A DNA stretch of 63,984 nucleotides, filler included, from Octopus bimaculoides (Eukaryota), in assembly GCF_001194135.2 (NCBI RefSeq). It is 5 parts of 5 records of this genome, joined end to end, with 100 filler letters (N's around TTAATTAATTAA, not from the genome) between each part and the next. Parts side by side here need not be neighbours in the genome. Positions count along the whole stretch, not along the records: positions 29,106 to 57,802 come from NC_068999.1; positions 57,903 to 60,525 come from NC_068989.1; positions 60,626 to 62,088 come from NC_068997.1; positions 62,189 to 63,984 come from NC_068986.1; 1 more part is not named here. One strand, 5' to 3'. Under the pieces are notes generated by a model, which did not search any database, was not told the origin of the DNA, and saw only the letters and a list, made by a program, of their open reading frames with translations. A program made the translations under genes and the position numbers. Shown piece after piece: positions 53,597-63,984 of the stretch (its first letter is position 1; every line of letters starts with the position of its first letter).

Positions 53597-54714
53597 CAGT
53601 CTGCACCAGCATCGTGGGTACTAATGAAACTTGCTTAAAAACTTTTACAAAACCTCTGATGTTGCATGATATGCCTAAAACCAAGGGGTTTTTTGATAGC
53701 ACAATTCTGGCAAAGGTTTGATCATGAATTGATACAATTTTTTGACCAGTTGCTAGAAAAATAAAGTAAAAGAAAAGAAAATTCAGATTCATTTTTAATC
53801 ATCATTATCAGAGTCTTCAGTGATGCTTTCCTCATCATCAGAGAAACCATTAGAACCCATATCCTCATGTGAATCATCTCCATTTTCATCACCAGAATCT
53901 CCCATAGACTTGATGTATTCCCATAGTCTTTTCAGATTCCTATTTGCTTTACCAATGCATCCTTGAACAGTATTTGCTTTCAGATGATTAAAAGTACCTT
54001 TCAGATGTTGAAGTACATCTTTGAATGTAATGTCAATTATGTACTGCCTACCATTCTCTCCTTTTACAACAGCCCAGACAGTCTCAATTGGCTGCAAACC
54101 CAAGTAACAAGGTGGTGAAAATATTACTTCACGCCCTTCATCGTGAGCCTTTCTTGAAATTACAGGTATTACATTATCTTGGATATACAGTTGCAGTTTA
54201 TCCCATAACATAACATGCACCAAATTTAAGTATCTTAATTTTCCCATTAAGGTCATTGTTGCTTCTGTAGACCAGTAGGCAATGGGTGTTGAGAAGTAGT
54301 AATACACCACATAGGTGGTGGTTTCGAATCTCTTCCAGAAATTATAAGAAATAAGGTTAAAAACTTTTATTTAAGCAACAAAATTTCTTTCAACAATTTC
54401 TCTCTCTTAAGCATGACACATGCATCGGGTACATTCAAAAAACAAATTGACATATTAATATTATTGATAAACAATCTTCTGACTTCTCTCTTCTTGTACT
54501 TTCATCATTCACTTGGCATATTGGTCATGCAGGAGTGAAATGTGTTCCCTCGGGTAGTAGATTTTACTTCCTTTCTTCTTTTTTTTAAAAAAATCCCTTA
54601 CAGTGAGAAAAAAAAATTGTTTGGGTTATGGACATTGCAGTGAGCTCCTTCACTTTCCAGGGTGTTTGGTCAGTGAAAAAAATTCAAAACTACCCTCGAT
54701 GTTGTTCTGGACTG
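53597..54714 (-). mobile_element. Internally deleted IS630-Tc1-mariner element
   Basis: TA TSDs at 53595-96 and 54715-16; imperfect CAGT-starting TIRs (cagtctgcaccagcatcgtgggta vs cagtccagaacaacatcgagggta). ORF 53795-54310 carries EVIFSPPCYLGLQPIETVWAVVKG and an acidic tail. Confidence 0.85.
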
Positions 54715-54716
54715 TA

Positions 54717-55406
54717 AATAAGAAACATGATTTTGATATTTTTTGGTAATGTATTTCATCAGATATTATTTTTTAACATTTTAAAAAATATAATTCATTT
54801 CCTAGAGTACTCAGCTTTGATGTACAATGCAACAGTATGGTACAATGCACTATTTGAGAACTACTGCAGTAAAATGGAATTCAGAAAAGGTTTGGCTTAT
54901 ACTTTCAACAGATCACATGACTATAAAGGTTTTTCTCATTGATGTGATACTACACAAATAGTTTGATTAAGTGCAGTACATGTTTCATGAGTTAGAAGCA
55001 TCACTTCCAGAAGATGGTTTGTCTGAAGATTTATTACACTTGGAAAATAGGGAAATTTCCATTTTTTTCCTTTTTCTTCTGTCTTCTTTGGCATTTCTCA
55101 AAAATTCTCCATTATGTTATACAAAAAGAAGCCAACATAAAGATCCTTATCGCTTCAGCAAACTTCTTAAATGTTATGAATGATATGAAATAATGCAGGA
55201 GTTTCAGGCCTGAATTTATGGACTTCACCAACAAGATATCTTGAATAGACACAAGTTGTTTCTAGTAATTTCTAAAACAGTAAGGATAGCAGGCTAAAGA
55301 TGATGCCAACTGTGTACAGAGATTGTTTTCATGAGAAAAATAGCTTTTATTCTTTGGAGAGAAAGAAATTCTATTATTGTGTTGTGTTCCTTCAGAGTGT
55401 GTTAAC
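54717..55406 (+). mobile_element. Possible decayed piggyBac 3' remnant
   Basis: IIHFLE...YNA......MEFRKGLA, a later LC..CF-like remnant, and an agtgtg|ttaa end. Confidence 0.35.
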
Positions 55407-56149
55407 AAGTTGCTGTGAAACGCAAGTGACCTTCTTTCGGGGATCAATAGACCATTTTTAATGGAACATTTACTTTCAGGTGTATGTTAGACTGCAAATA
55501 ACTTCTAAAGACAATTCTTTAGATATTTCAAGTTTTATCAATACACAACATATCTCTGTTGGAACAATATGTAACGTATTGAAAGAATATAGAAAAGAAA
55601 GAACTATCAAACAACCTTGGAGGTAACATTAAAAACCATTACACTCCAACTGATATTAAAACTAGTTTAGCTCTTATTTACTTTTTCATATTTCTATTTT
55701 GGTAATAAAAGGTTAAGTTATCTTTATCTTTTTTTTCTTTTGTTAATATTTACATTGGTGTTAGAATTGTTCGGTTATTTTTCTGCGAATGCAGGTTTGC
55801 TAGACAGGACTGCTACGAATAACAGATCACATTAATTTTCAAAACTGCATGCTAATGTTTTAATGTATGGTTACTTGCTGCAATAAAATTTTTATATTTT
55901 AAAGCCAGGAATCCCATTGAATCTTGTTGACTTCATGCAAAATCTCTTGTCTCTAAAAGGTTGTAGAGTAGTAAAATAAAACACTGTAATAAATAAAAGG
56001 CAGATGTGTAAGATTCTGTAAGAGTGTTTCGTATCTACTTTAAATTAAAACATTAAATTATTGGCCAAACATGAAGAAAAATAATTTATTTGATAGTAAA
56101 GACCAAGGTTTTAGTAAATAGGAAAACAGATAGAAATGTGCTTTCATCA

Positions 56150-56572
56150 TAGAAATGGCTTCTCTTGATATGTAGAAAAAGAGCTGGTAGAAATTCTATA
56201 CAGTGCACTGAAAGTATAGTTGTTAGGATATAAATAGGCTGGAGAAAGTTCAGAGACCTATTGCCTCTATTGGCAACAAAAGGTTTCTGCTTCAGGGTGA
56301 AAGACAGAATGTATGATGCTTGTGTATGAACAAGTAATGTGATCTGGGACCTGAATACTGAGGACAAGCAGAGATTATAAAAAGAAATAGATGAAATTAA
56401 CAGGTCCTGTCAGATGCACACAATCAATGTACATGAACAACAAAGGGCAAATGTGTTAAGAGAAAAATTGGGCTGATGAGGAATCAGATGTAGTGTGCAA
56501 GAGAGAACTGTACTGTTATGGTGATGTGATACTGTATAGATATGTATTGATTGTTAAGGTGGATGGAACTTG

Positions 56573-56604
<32 letters not shown>

Positions 56605-56780
56605 GCCCAAGAAGATATGTGATGAAGTAGTGAAGACTGATCTCAAGAGTTTGAATCTCATGGAGATGACAAAGGACCAGGATGACTGGAAATATGTGGT
56701 GCTTAAGAAGACCCATCCATCTAAGCAAAACTGAGTTCTTGAAAGCATAATGTCTATGTACACAATTGGGCCTCTCACCT
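56150..56780 (+). mobile_element. RTE 3' fragment
   Basis: WRKFRDLLPLLATKG...MYDACV...LREKLG...VDGTCGR-(AG)n-RPKK..DEVVKTDL...TKDQDDWKYVVL. Confidence 0.85.
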
Positions 56781-57640
56781 AATTCTCCCATCAAATTTTC
56801 TTTTCGCTTCCTCATTCTATTTCACTTACTACACAAGTGCAATATTGCATCACTGTAATTAAATGCAGCCAAAATTACTTATCACCTTTTCCATGATACC
56901 ATTTATCTTTCTCACTACCTAGAATCATTACAATTAACTTCCATCTATCATTCTTACATTGTCCCTCTTCACTCCCATTTTACACTGATCACTCCACCCT
57001 TTTATTTTTTATATTTTGTCAAATTATCTCTCTTTCTTCCTCTTCACTCAGCCACTTCTTGTTGATTTTCCCTTGTTACTAGCTGTCTGTCTCTCACTCT
57101 CCCCATGCACTACATCTTTCACTTTCACTCACTCTCAACCTAAATACATCATCTCTTTCTCTCTCTCTCCTTCTGATCCTCATCCTTCTGCACTCCTCAG
57201 TTTATATGCATTATTGGTTATCCTTCTATTACTTCCAGCATTTACCCCTACACTCTTCTTAATCTCTGGTCATCATCACTTCTCCCCTATATTCCATCCA
57301 ACGCATTTTTATCACTGAACCCCACCCAACACCCAACTACAAACCTTGTTCATCACACAGTATATTTACAGCACTACCCCATTTCTTACCTTCCCCCTCT
57401 CTCCATACACACTTGCTACCTCTATCCAGACTCCCTTCCTGTTCTTCTTCTCTTAGACCCCCCCACCACCACTAACCTCATCACTACTGCCTTTTTCTCT
57501 CTTTCCAACTCCACACCAGTGTCTACAAAATCAACTCCTAAGTTTTTGGTTGACCCAGAGTTACAGTGGCATCATGCAAGAGGACTGAACCTGAAACCTC
57601 ACAGTTGGGAAATGAACTACTTGATCACACAGCCATATGC

Positions 57641-57678
<38 letters not shown>

Positions 57679-57902
57679 GTTTGCATGTGTGTGTGTATGC
57701 ACAAGTTTGTGTATATAAGTGGGTATTTATGAGTTTGCATATATATATACATACATACATATATCATCATCATCATCATCATCGTTTAATGTCCGCTTTC
57801 CANNNNNNNNNNNNNNNNNNNNNNNNNNNNNNNNNNNNNNNNNNNNTTAATTAATTAANNNNNNNNNNNNNNNNNNNNNNNNNNNNNNNNNNNNNNNNNN
57901 NN

Positions 57903-58270
57903 GGTTGAGGTGCATAGGCTGAGATGACAGTAGCTAATCTATGATGAAGCACTAGTCTAATCTTAAGTACTCTGTCACTTACTCTAACAACCTCGATTAC
58001 CTTATCCACCCATTTCTCCGCTAGAAGTATTCCTACGCCCCCGACCCCGTCAGTGTTCCCTGCCCAGAAAATCTTGTACCTGTGTTCTTTGCCTGTGAGG
58101 AACCTCGTAGAACCTCCTCTCCATCTTACTTCCTGGATGCAGCACATATCTACGCGTCTCCGTTCAAGCATCTCAACAATTTCACCAGATCTACCTTTCA
58201 GCGTGCCGACGTTGAGAGTGCCAATCCTAACAGTATGGGTGTTGGGGGTGTGGGCCTGTAGCCTGGGTTA
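57903..58270 (-). mobile_element. RTE APE endonuclease N-terminus (well preserved)
   Basis: RIGTLNVGTLKGRSGEIVEMLERRRVDMCCIQEVRWRGG...GVGILL...ISAYAPQ; truncated by a gap. Confidence 0.92.
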
Positions 58271-58299
58271 ACTATGTTAAATGGAGGGATGGAGGCAAA

Positions 58300-58650
58300 G
58301 GCCTGTAGTCATTCCAGAATATTTTTGAATGCCATATTGTATCACTTAGACCATGTTATTAACAAGGAAAAAAATAACATCATGAGATTAGATAAACTCC
58401 TGAGTAGGTGTTCTGAAATTACAAATGTTGCATGCAAATCAAGAGTAGCTGGACTGACCTACTTAAGCAAAAAGTTAGAGGAGAAATACTCACTTCACCA
58501 ACAGACAAACAAACTGGAGAATATCAACAACTTTAGCAGGAATAGTGGCCTCTTCTGGACCTGTGATAGATACATCACATTTCACATAAAAGGCTATATC
58601 TTTTCTATCCAGGAGGAGATATCTTCTACCTCAACAAGAAAACTTAGATT
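58300..58650 (+). mobile_element. R4/Dong-like C-terminal remnant
   Basis: GYIFSIQEE motif, corresponding to the EG.I.AIQDQ region. Confidence 0.45.
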
Positions 58651-59603
58651 GCCTGTAGACCTTCATTTTGTGATAGAAAATGTCAGTTGTGCTGAGTGAA
58701 CTGGAGCAATATGAAATAAAGTGTCTTGCTCAAGAACACAACACATAGTCCAGTCTGGGAATTGAATTTACTACCTCATGAGTGTGAGCCCAATACTCTA
58801 ACTATTGAACTATGTGCCTTCACATAAGGTATTGATATAGTTGGTAATAATCCCTGAAATTCAATCCACTTCATGTGTTTTATTGTTTCACTGAGCTGCT
58901 ACACCTCTAATTCATTTCTCCAGTCTGAGCTCTGCTCTATATTTCAACTTCACCACTGTCAGATACAGTCACAATAAATAGTAAATCTTACCAATTTATA
59001 TGATATCTATATCTTCATTATAGTTACTAAACCATGCAATTTCTAATGATTTTTCATGGTGACCACATGTTTATAACTTTGTCAGAATTCCAACTTGCAT
59101 GTTATAGGAAAGCCTTCAATTATAACCAGTTATTGACTTTATTAAACATTGTGGAGACAAATCATATATCTGGAATGATTCTATATCATATCCTATAAAT
59201 GGCCATCTAGATGATTGCAAAAACTCACTGACACACACTCCCTTTACTTTCCGACCATATTCCTTTCTGTCTCTCTTACTGCAACTGTAACAACTTCTCC
59301 TGCCATATCTACTCAATAGTTGTCCCTGCTATTCTTTCTCTCATCACCCTTACTCTCTCATGCTCACCCACCACAAAACCTGCATAAAACATTTTCATTA
59401 TAGAACTTTGCCCCACTGTCCTTGTACATGTTTTTATATTGTCAACCTCCAAGAGTTCAAGATGACTATCAATCACATCAACCACCCCAATTTTTGAAGA
59501 CACAAAATCATCATGAATGGCATATTTCTTACTCTAAATAAACAAAAATTACTAACAAAAATGATTAAATATGTTTAGAGTAGAATTGTCAGAAACAAGT
59601 TAC

Positions 59604-59738
59604 CTTTAGGAATAGTTTTGTAAGTGATAATGAAACCAGAACTGAATGTATTTGGCTTGTTGTAGAATAAATCTAGCATGGAAGACTTTGTTGTGTATTG
59701 TTGGATTTCATGATTCAGATGCTCAATAAGAGTATTTC
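59604..59738 (-). CDS. Internal exon encoding the C-terminal part of a CUB-like domain
   Basis: Acceptor tcttgatcttttcag, donor gtaact, 135 nt, phase 1-1, open: (G)NTLIEHLNHEIQQYTTKSSMLDLFYNKPNTFSSGFIITYKTIPK. Resembles the CUB C-terminal pattern S-x-M-x-L-x-F...SGF-x3-Y. Confidence 0.55.
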
Positions 59739-59795
59739 CTGAAAAGATCAAGACACAAAAAAGAATATAAAATATATTTCACTAAATGTTTTAAC

Positions 59796-59832
<37 letters not shown>

Positions 59833-59897
59833 GGAGTTAGCACATGAAATGTGCAACAAGGTGGAAAAAAGAGTACTCAAATACCAGAGGTAGAGTA

Positions 59898-60034
59898 ATA
59901 TGCTTTATTTAAAAGCAGCAGAAATATAACAAAAGACTGTTACTCTGAGTTTCACATTCCCGTTTGTCCGATGAACGGGAACGTGAAACTCAGAGTAACA
60001 GTCTTTTGTTATATTTCTGCTGCTTTTAAATAAA

Positions 60035-60040
<6 letters not shown>
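59898..60040. repeat. Near-perfect foldback (about 67-bp arms, 9-nt loop) of a Penelope-type terminus
   Basis: ctttatttaaaagcagcagaaatataacaaaagactgttactctgagtttcacattcccgtt / aacgggaacgtgaaactcagagtaacagtcttttgttatatttctgctgcttttaaataaag, with 1-2 mismatches. Confidence 0.9.
59965..60000 (+). ncRNA. Minimal type I hammerhead-like motif
   Basis: tgt-CCGATGA-acg-ggaa-cgt-GAAA-ctc-a-gag-TA-aca: all three stems pair. Confidence 0.7.
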
Positions 60041-60073
<33 letters not shown>

Positions 60074-60446
60074 ATGTTTTTGAAAAGTAGTGCCAAATTT
60101 TAGAATTCTGTAAATAATAATAATGTAAATATTATAATATATTATAAGCTTAAAGCTTATAAGCAATCACTGTCTATTGACTAAAGAAAATAATCTAATA
60201 TTGGGACATATAAGCCCATGACAGAAAATGTGGGTTTTCCATACGTGTAAGACAGGTATGTTGGTGTAAATGTTAGCACACTGGTCACGAAAACACAGAG
60301 GTGTAGGTTCATCCTATGTGTGTGGAAAAACCATGCCAAATCAGACTGTATCCTGGCACAGCCTTCGAGCATGCCAGCCTAATCAAACTGTACAGCTCAT
60401 GCCAGCATGGACAACGGATGTTAAATCGTGATGATGATGATGATGA

Positions 60447-60490
<44 letters not shown>

Positions 60491-61359
60491 CCTAATATCT
60501 ATAAAATTGAAGTTTTTGTGTATGTNNNNNNNNNNNNNNNNNNNNNNNNNNNNNNNNNNNNNNNNNNNNTTAATTAATTAANNNNNNNNNNNNNNNNNNN
60601 NNNNNNNNNNNNNNNNNNNNNNNNNTATATATATATATATATATATCCTGAGTGATAGAGGAGTGAGAGAGAAAGGGTAAAGATAGCAGGTAGGTAGATA
60701 GGCTGCAAGATAGGTATTGAGATTTCCAAAGAAAATGACCCTCATAAAAACATCAGAAAATAACCAATATATCAGAAAATGGAAGAATGTGAGGAATAGT
60801 TAAGGATCAAAGATGAAGGAGAGAGAAAGAATAGGAAACAAGTATTATAAGTATGGAAAGAGAGAGAGTGTGTGTGACAGAGAGAAGGGAAGAAAGATAG
60901 AGATTGAAAATATGAGAGAAAATTTTAGAAAAAAAAATGAATATAAGTAAAAATATACTATAATCACATATGCACCAAGGCAACATAGAAATGGTTAAAA
61001 TCATTAAAAGAAAATTCAAAAACTGCCTGAGACAAATATATAATACATAAATAATTATGTATCTATATGTACAGTTCTGTGTCTTCGTTGAATTCATTCA
61101 CAGTGTGTTTGTGTATAAGTACATATACATATTATATATATGTATGTATGTACATATATATATGTATATATATATATATGCTTACATGAGAGAGTGAGAG
61201 GAAATGAGAAAAATAGATAAACAGATTGATAAATAGGTTCATAGATAGTTGGATAGACAAACAAGTACAAAGAGAGAGATTTAGACACCTAATCAAATAT
61301 AGTATAGTATATGAATCAATAAAAAGAGCTGCATCGATAAAAAATTATGTACACTCACA

Positions 61360-61431
61360 TCTCTCTCTCTCTCTCTCTGTCTATCTTTCTCTCTCTCTCT
61401 ACATATATATATATATATATATATACATATG

Positions 61432-61507
<76 letters not shown>

Positions 61508-61582
61508 GTATATGCATATATTATATATTATATGTATATATATATATATATGTATATGTGTGTATATATGTGTGTGTATATG

Positions 61583-61635
<53 letters not shown>

Positions 61636-61670
61636 ATATGCATATATATGTGTGTATATATATATATATT
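61360..61670. repeat. Compound (CT)n-(AT)n-(GT)n microsatellite
   Basis: Directly visible. Confidence 0.98.
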
Positions 61671-62189
61671 TTGTTTCACTATTGGAAGAGACATAAATAT
61701 GAATATAGATGAAAAATATACATGAAAAAAAAAAGTTGAATAAATAGATAATAAACATAGAGCAAAAACCAAATTAAAAAAAAAAATTCTCAAGAATGCA
61801 TCGGCTCTAAGATAACACATCAAATACTTTACACACATGCACACACAAACACACATTCATGTGCACACATGCACACACACACACACACACACATACACAC
61901 ACATATGTGCATGCATGCACACACAGACTCACACACAAATACACATGCATAAAAATATAAATGCTTATATACATTGCAAAAAAAAAAAAGAAAAAAGTCA
62001 TACGTGAACAAAAAAACACCTCGAATGTGGTGCAAAACCTAAGATGATTTCATATGGACATAACAAGCAGGAAAACAATTGAGGACAANNNNNNNNNNNN
62101 NNNNNNNNNNNNNNNNNNNNNNNNNNNNNNNNTTAATTAATTAANNNNNNNNNNNNNNNNNNNNNNNNNNNNNNNNNNNNNNNNNNNNG

Positions 62190-62362
62190 TATATATAGCC
62201 TTTCTATGTCAGATTTTGGGTGGTGCATCCTATATCCTGTCATTATTTTTCTTGTTTTCCTGTCTATTTTACATAGTTCGTTTAGTGTCCAGTTAAGGAT
62301 GTTGTAGCTGTAGCTTATAACTGGGACAGCTAAAGTGTTGATACCCATTATCTTGTTTTTAG

Positions 62363-62365
<3 letters not shown>
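62190..62365 (-). mobile_element. R4/Dong fragment
   Basis: NTLAVPVISYSYNILNWTLNELCKIDRKTRKIMTGYRMHHPKSDIERLYI; followed on its 5' side by a (TTA)n tract. Confidence 0.88.
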
Positions 62366-62419
<54 letters not shown>

Positions 62420-62427
<8 letters not shown>

Positions 62428-62590
62428 TCACTTCCTGGAGTCGAATTCGGAATCTTGGGGTTAGTAGCCCGCGCTCTTAACTACTATGCCATATGCCCTG
62501 GGCATAGATACCTGCCTAAAAGGCCGCACAGTAGGACTGAACCGAAACCATATGGTTGCAAAGCGAGCTTCTTAACCGCATAACCATGCC
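62420..62590 (-). mobile_element. SINE 5' fragments
   Basis: ggagtcgaattcggaatcttggggttagtagcccgcgctcttaac and ggactgaaccgaaacc; CpG-rich. Confidence 0.6.
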
Positions 62591-62714
62591 TCCGGTTATG
62601 TAAAATATATCCTTATTCTTACGAGTAAACATATATGGTTTAGCCCTCTGTGGATAGTAAACTAAGTGGACACACCTTAGGTTTTATCTCTTTGTGAGTT
62701 AAGCACAAAAAAGT

Positions 62715-63300
62715 TAATCCGGACTCACTAGAGGGCAATACTATATAGGGATGACAGAGGACAAATTCAAACAACGCTACTTTAGCCAAATTTCGTTCTT
62801 CAAGCAACTAATGAGTAAATAAGTAAAAATAAAAACAAGACCAAGAAATATTTGACAAACTATATCTAGCGTTTAAAAAAGAAAATACTGATTTTAATAT
62901 TAAAAGAAATGGTTTGGAGTGAAGCAAACTTTTATAATACTTTCTATTATATAGGCATAAGGCTTGAAATTTGGGAAAGGGAAATCGATTATATTAACGC
63001 TAGGACTTGACTGGTACTTATTTTAACGATTCCGAATAGATAATGGGTAAAGTTGACCTTGGCGAAGATTGAATTTAGAGCGTAAAAGCCAAAAGAAATG
63101 CCGTTAAGTATTTTACCCCATGCGTTAAAGATTCTGTTAGCACGCTGCATTACAGACCTCTGTAATGAGAGAAATAAATGAAATTTATGCATAAATGAAA
63201 AGAGTACCATATTGGAAATCATCAAAATATGCGAATTGCCTAAATACAAAGAAGTTTTCAAGCTGTCACAACATCGGCAAATTATTACTTAAGTTCTGGG
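62715..63300 (+). mobile_element. Penelope-like GIY-YIG remnant interrupted by a SINE (62955-63150)
   Basis: YIGMTEDKFKQRY...NYI*RLKKENTDFNIK, resuming NLCINEKSTILE...SSCH..KLLL. Confidence 0.7.
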
Positions 63301-63435
63301 AAGTCGCATCGCCACCAGACTAAATATTTAAACTTTATACAAACAGTTGCACCTTGTTATATGACGCTGTTGCCTGGTCACTGCCTTGTCCTAAAATTCT
63401 AGGAAATTAAATTTACTCTACGCCATTATATATAT

Positions 63436-63471
<36 letters not shown>

Positions 63472-63839
63472 ACACATATTTATACACACACATTATTCAT
63501 ATAGATATATACATATATGCATACGCATACACTTACAGACACACCGAGTAAAGCATTTTGAGGATGATTGCGGGTGTCGAACTGTGCTACATATTGACTA
63601 GTAGCTGGCACGAACGGAATATGTGTGTGTTTACGAACATTTAATAAAACACTTATCAGATGTTGATAAATACTATGCACATATTGCATATATGTGTGTG
63701 TGTGTGCATGTGTGGACATTTGATAAAGCACTTATCTGACGATGATAAATACTATGCACATGTGTGTGTGTATAATCATATACATGTACATACATGTATT
63801 TATATATGATGTACATAGAAAAATATACACATATATGTG

Positions 63840-63984
63840 CGGAATGTTCCAAATGAGGAGTAGATAGACAACCGACGACAATTGATGAAGAATCCTTTCT
63901 CTGTGTTTACTTGTCCTGTATTTTACGTATTTCATGTTCTTTGCGCAGTTGGTGACGCCCCGTACCTATATATGCATATATATA
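63840..63984 (+). mobile_element. Degenerate 3' part of the same or a related repeat family
   Basis: ttccaaat...ttgatgaag...tctctgtg...gtacc followed by an AT tail, in the same order as copies 1 and 2. Confidence 0.35.

Overview
AT-rich, microsatellite-dense eukaryotic draft-assembly sequence with many N gaps. The SINE/LINE content suggests a cephalopod, probably Octopus (inference from repeat families, not a database result). Most of the window is simple repeats and decayed mobile elements: RTE, R4/Dong, CR1 and Penelope-like retroelements; tRNA-derived SINEs; and mariner, Tc1/IS630-like, MULE and piggyBac DNA transposons. One host gene is confidently recognisable: the large terminal coding exon of a TMEM126-family gene (+, 32131-32647). 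There is moderate evidence for a second, convergent minus-strand gene with a CUB-like exon at 59.6 kb and weaker candidate exons down to 33.2 kb. Notable extras are three hammerhead-ribozyme-like motifs with variant cores at Penelope-type ends, a structured repeat family with covarying stems, a CpG-depleted domain at about 29-60 kb, a MULE nested in an RTE with an intact TSD, and a Tc1/IS630-like element whose motif I recall from oomycete proteins. Most long ORFs in the supplied track are microsatellite or N-gap artefacts. All alignments and folds were done by eye, and TE boundaries are approximate unless TIR/TSD coordinates are given.
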